Origin: Octopus sinensis
Taxonomy: Eukaryota
NCBI RefSeq assembly: GCF_006345805.1
Contig: NC_042997.1
Span: 199,516,001-199,580,000 of the forward strand
Direction of reading: 5' to 3'
Length of the DNA: 64,000 nucleotides
Positions 63,840 to 64,000 of this stretch are shown here, one piece after another. Both the position numbers and the translations under genes were made by a program. How positions within the stretch are numbered: position 1 is the stretch's first letter; the number at the start of each line of letters is the position of its first letter. Under the pieces are notes generated by a model. That model saw only the letters and a program-made list of their open reading frames with translations, was not told where the DNA came from and did no database searches.

Positions 63840-64000
63840 TCTCTTTTACTCGTTTCAGTCATTTGACTGCAGCCATGCTGGAACACCACCTTTATTTGAG
63901 CAAACTGACCCCAGGACTTATTCTTTGGAAGCCTAGTTCTTATTCTATCAATCTCTTTTGCCGAATGGCTAAGTTACAGGGACGTAAACACTAAACACAC
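63840..64000 (-). mobile_element. SINE family A 3' part, cut by the window edge
   Basis: tactcgtttcagtcatttgactgcagccatgctgg... matches other copies. Confidence 0.85.

Overview
AT-rich, microsatellite-dense eukaryotic DNA. The repeat landscape (tRNA-headed SINEs, RTE LINEs with (GAT)n tails, long TA/TACA tracts) suggests a coleoid cephalopod such as Octopus; this is an inference. The only cellular gene I can support is the 3' part of a Ca2+/calmodulin-dependent cyclic-nucleotide phosphodiesterase (PDE1) on the + strand. It has nine GT-AG exons between 11118 and 41658 that join in frame (1152 nt, 383 aa + stop) and encode the catalytic domain and C-tail. Upstream exons were not found in the window. 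The rest is introns/intergenic DNA with RTE and CR1 LINE relics, mariner/Tc1 relics, piggyBac-type MITEs, several SINE families and compound microsatellites. Almost all long ORFs in the supplied track are microsatellite artefacts. Most notable: (1) a repeat joining a tRNA-like Pol III head, an (AAT)n linker and a minimal type I hammerhead ribozyme motif with a loop-less palindromic stem III, inserted with Penelope-like inverted geometry (3 copies), plus a second degenerate hammerhead-bearing family; (2) a 1.24-kb tandem duplication with a chimeric SINE at the junction; (3) a PHD finger inside the RTE reverse-transcriptase ORF; (4) several long near-perfect hairpins in PDE1 introns. All alignments and folds were done by eye; no database search was possible.
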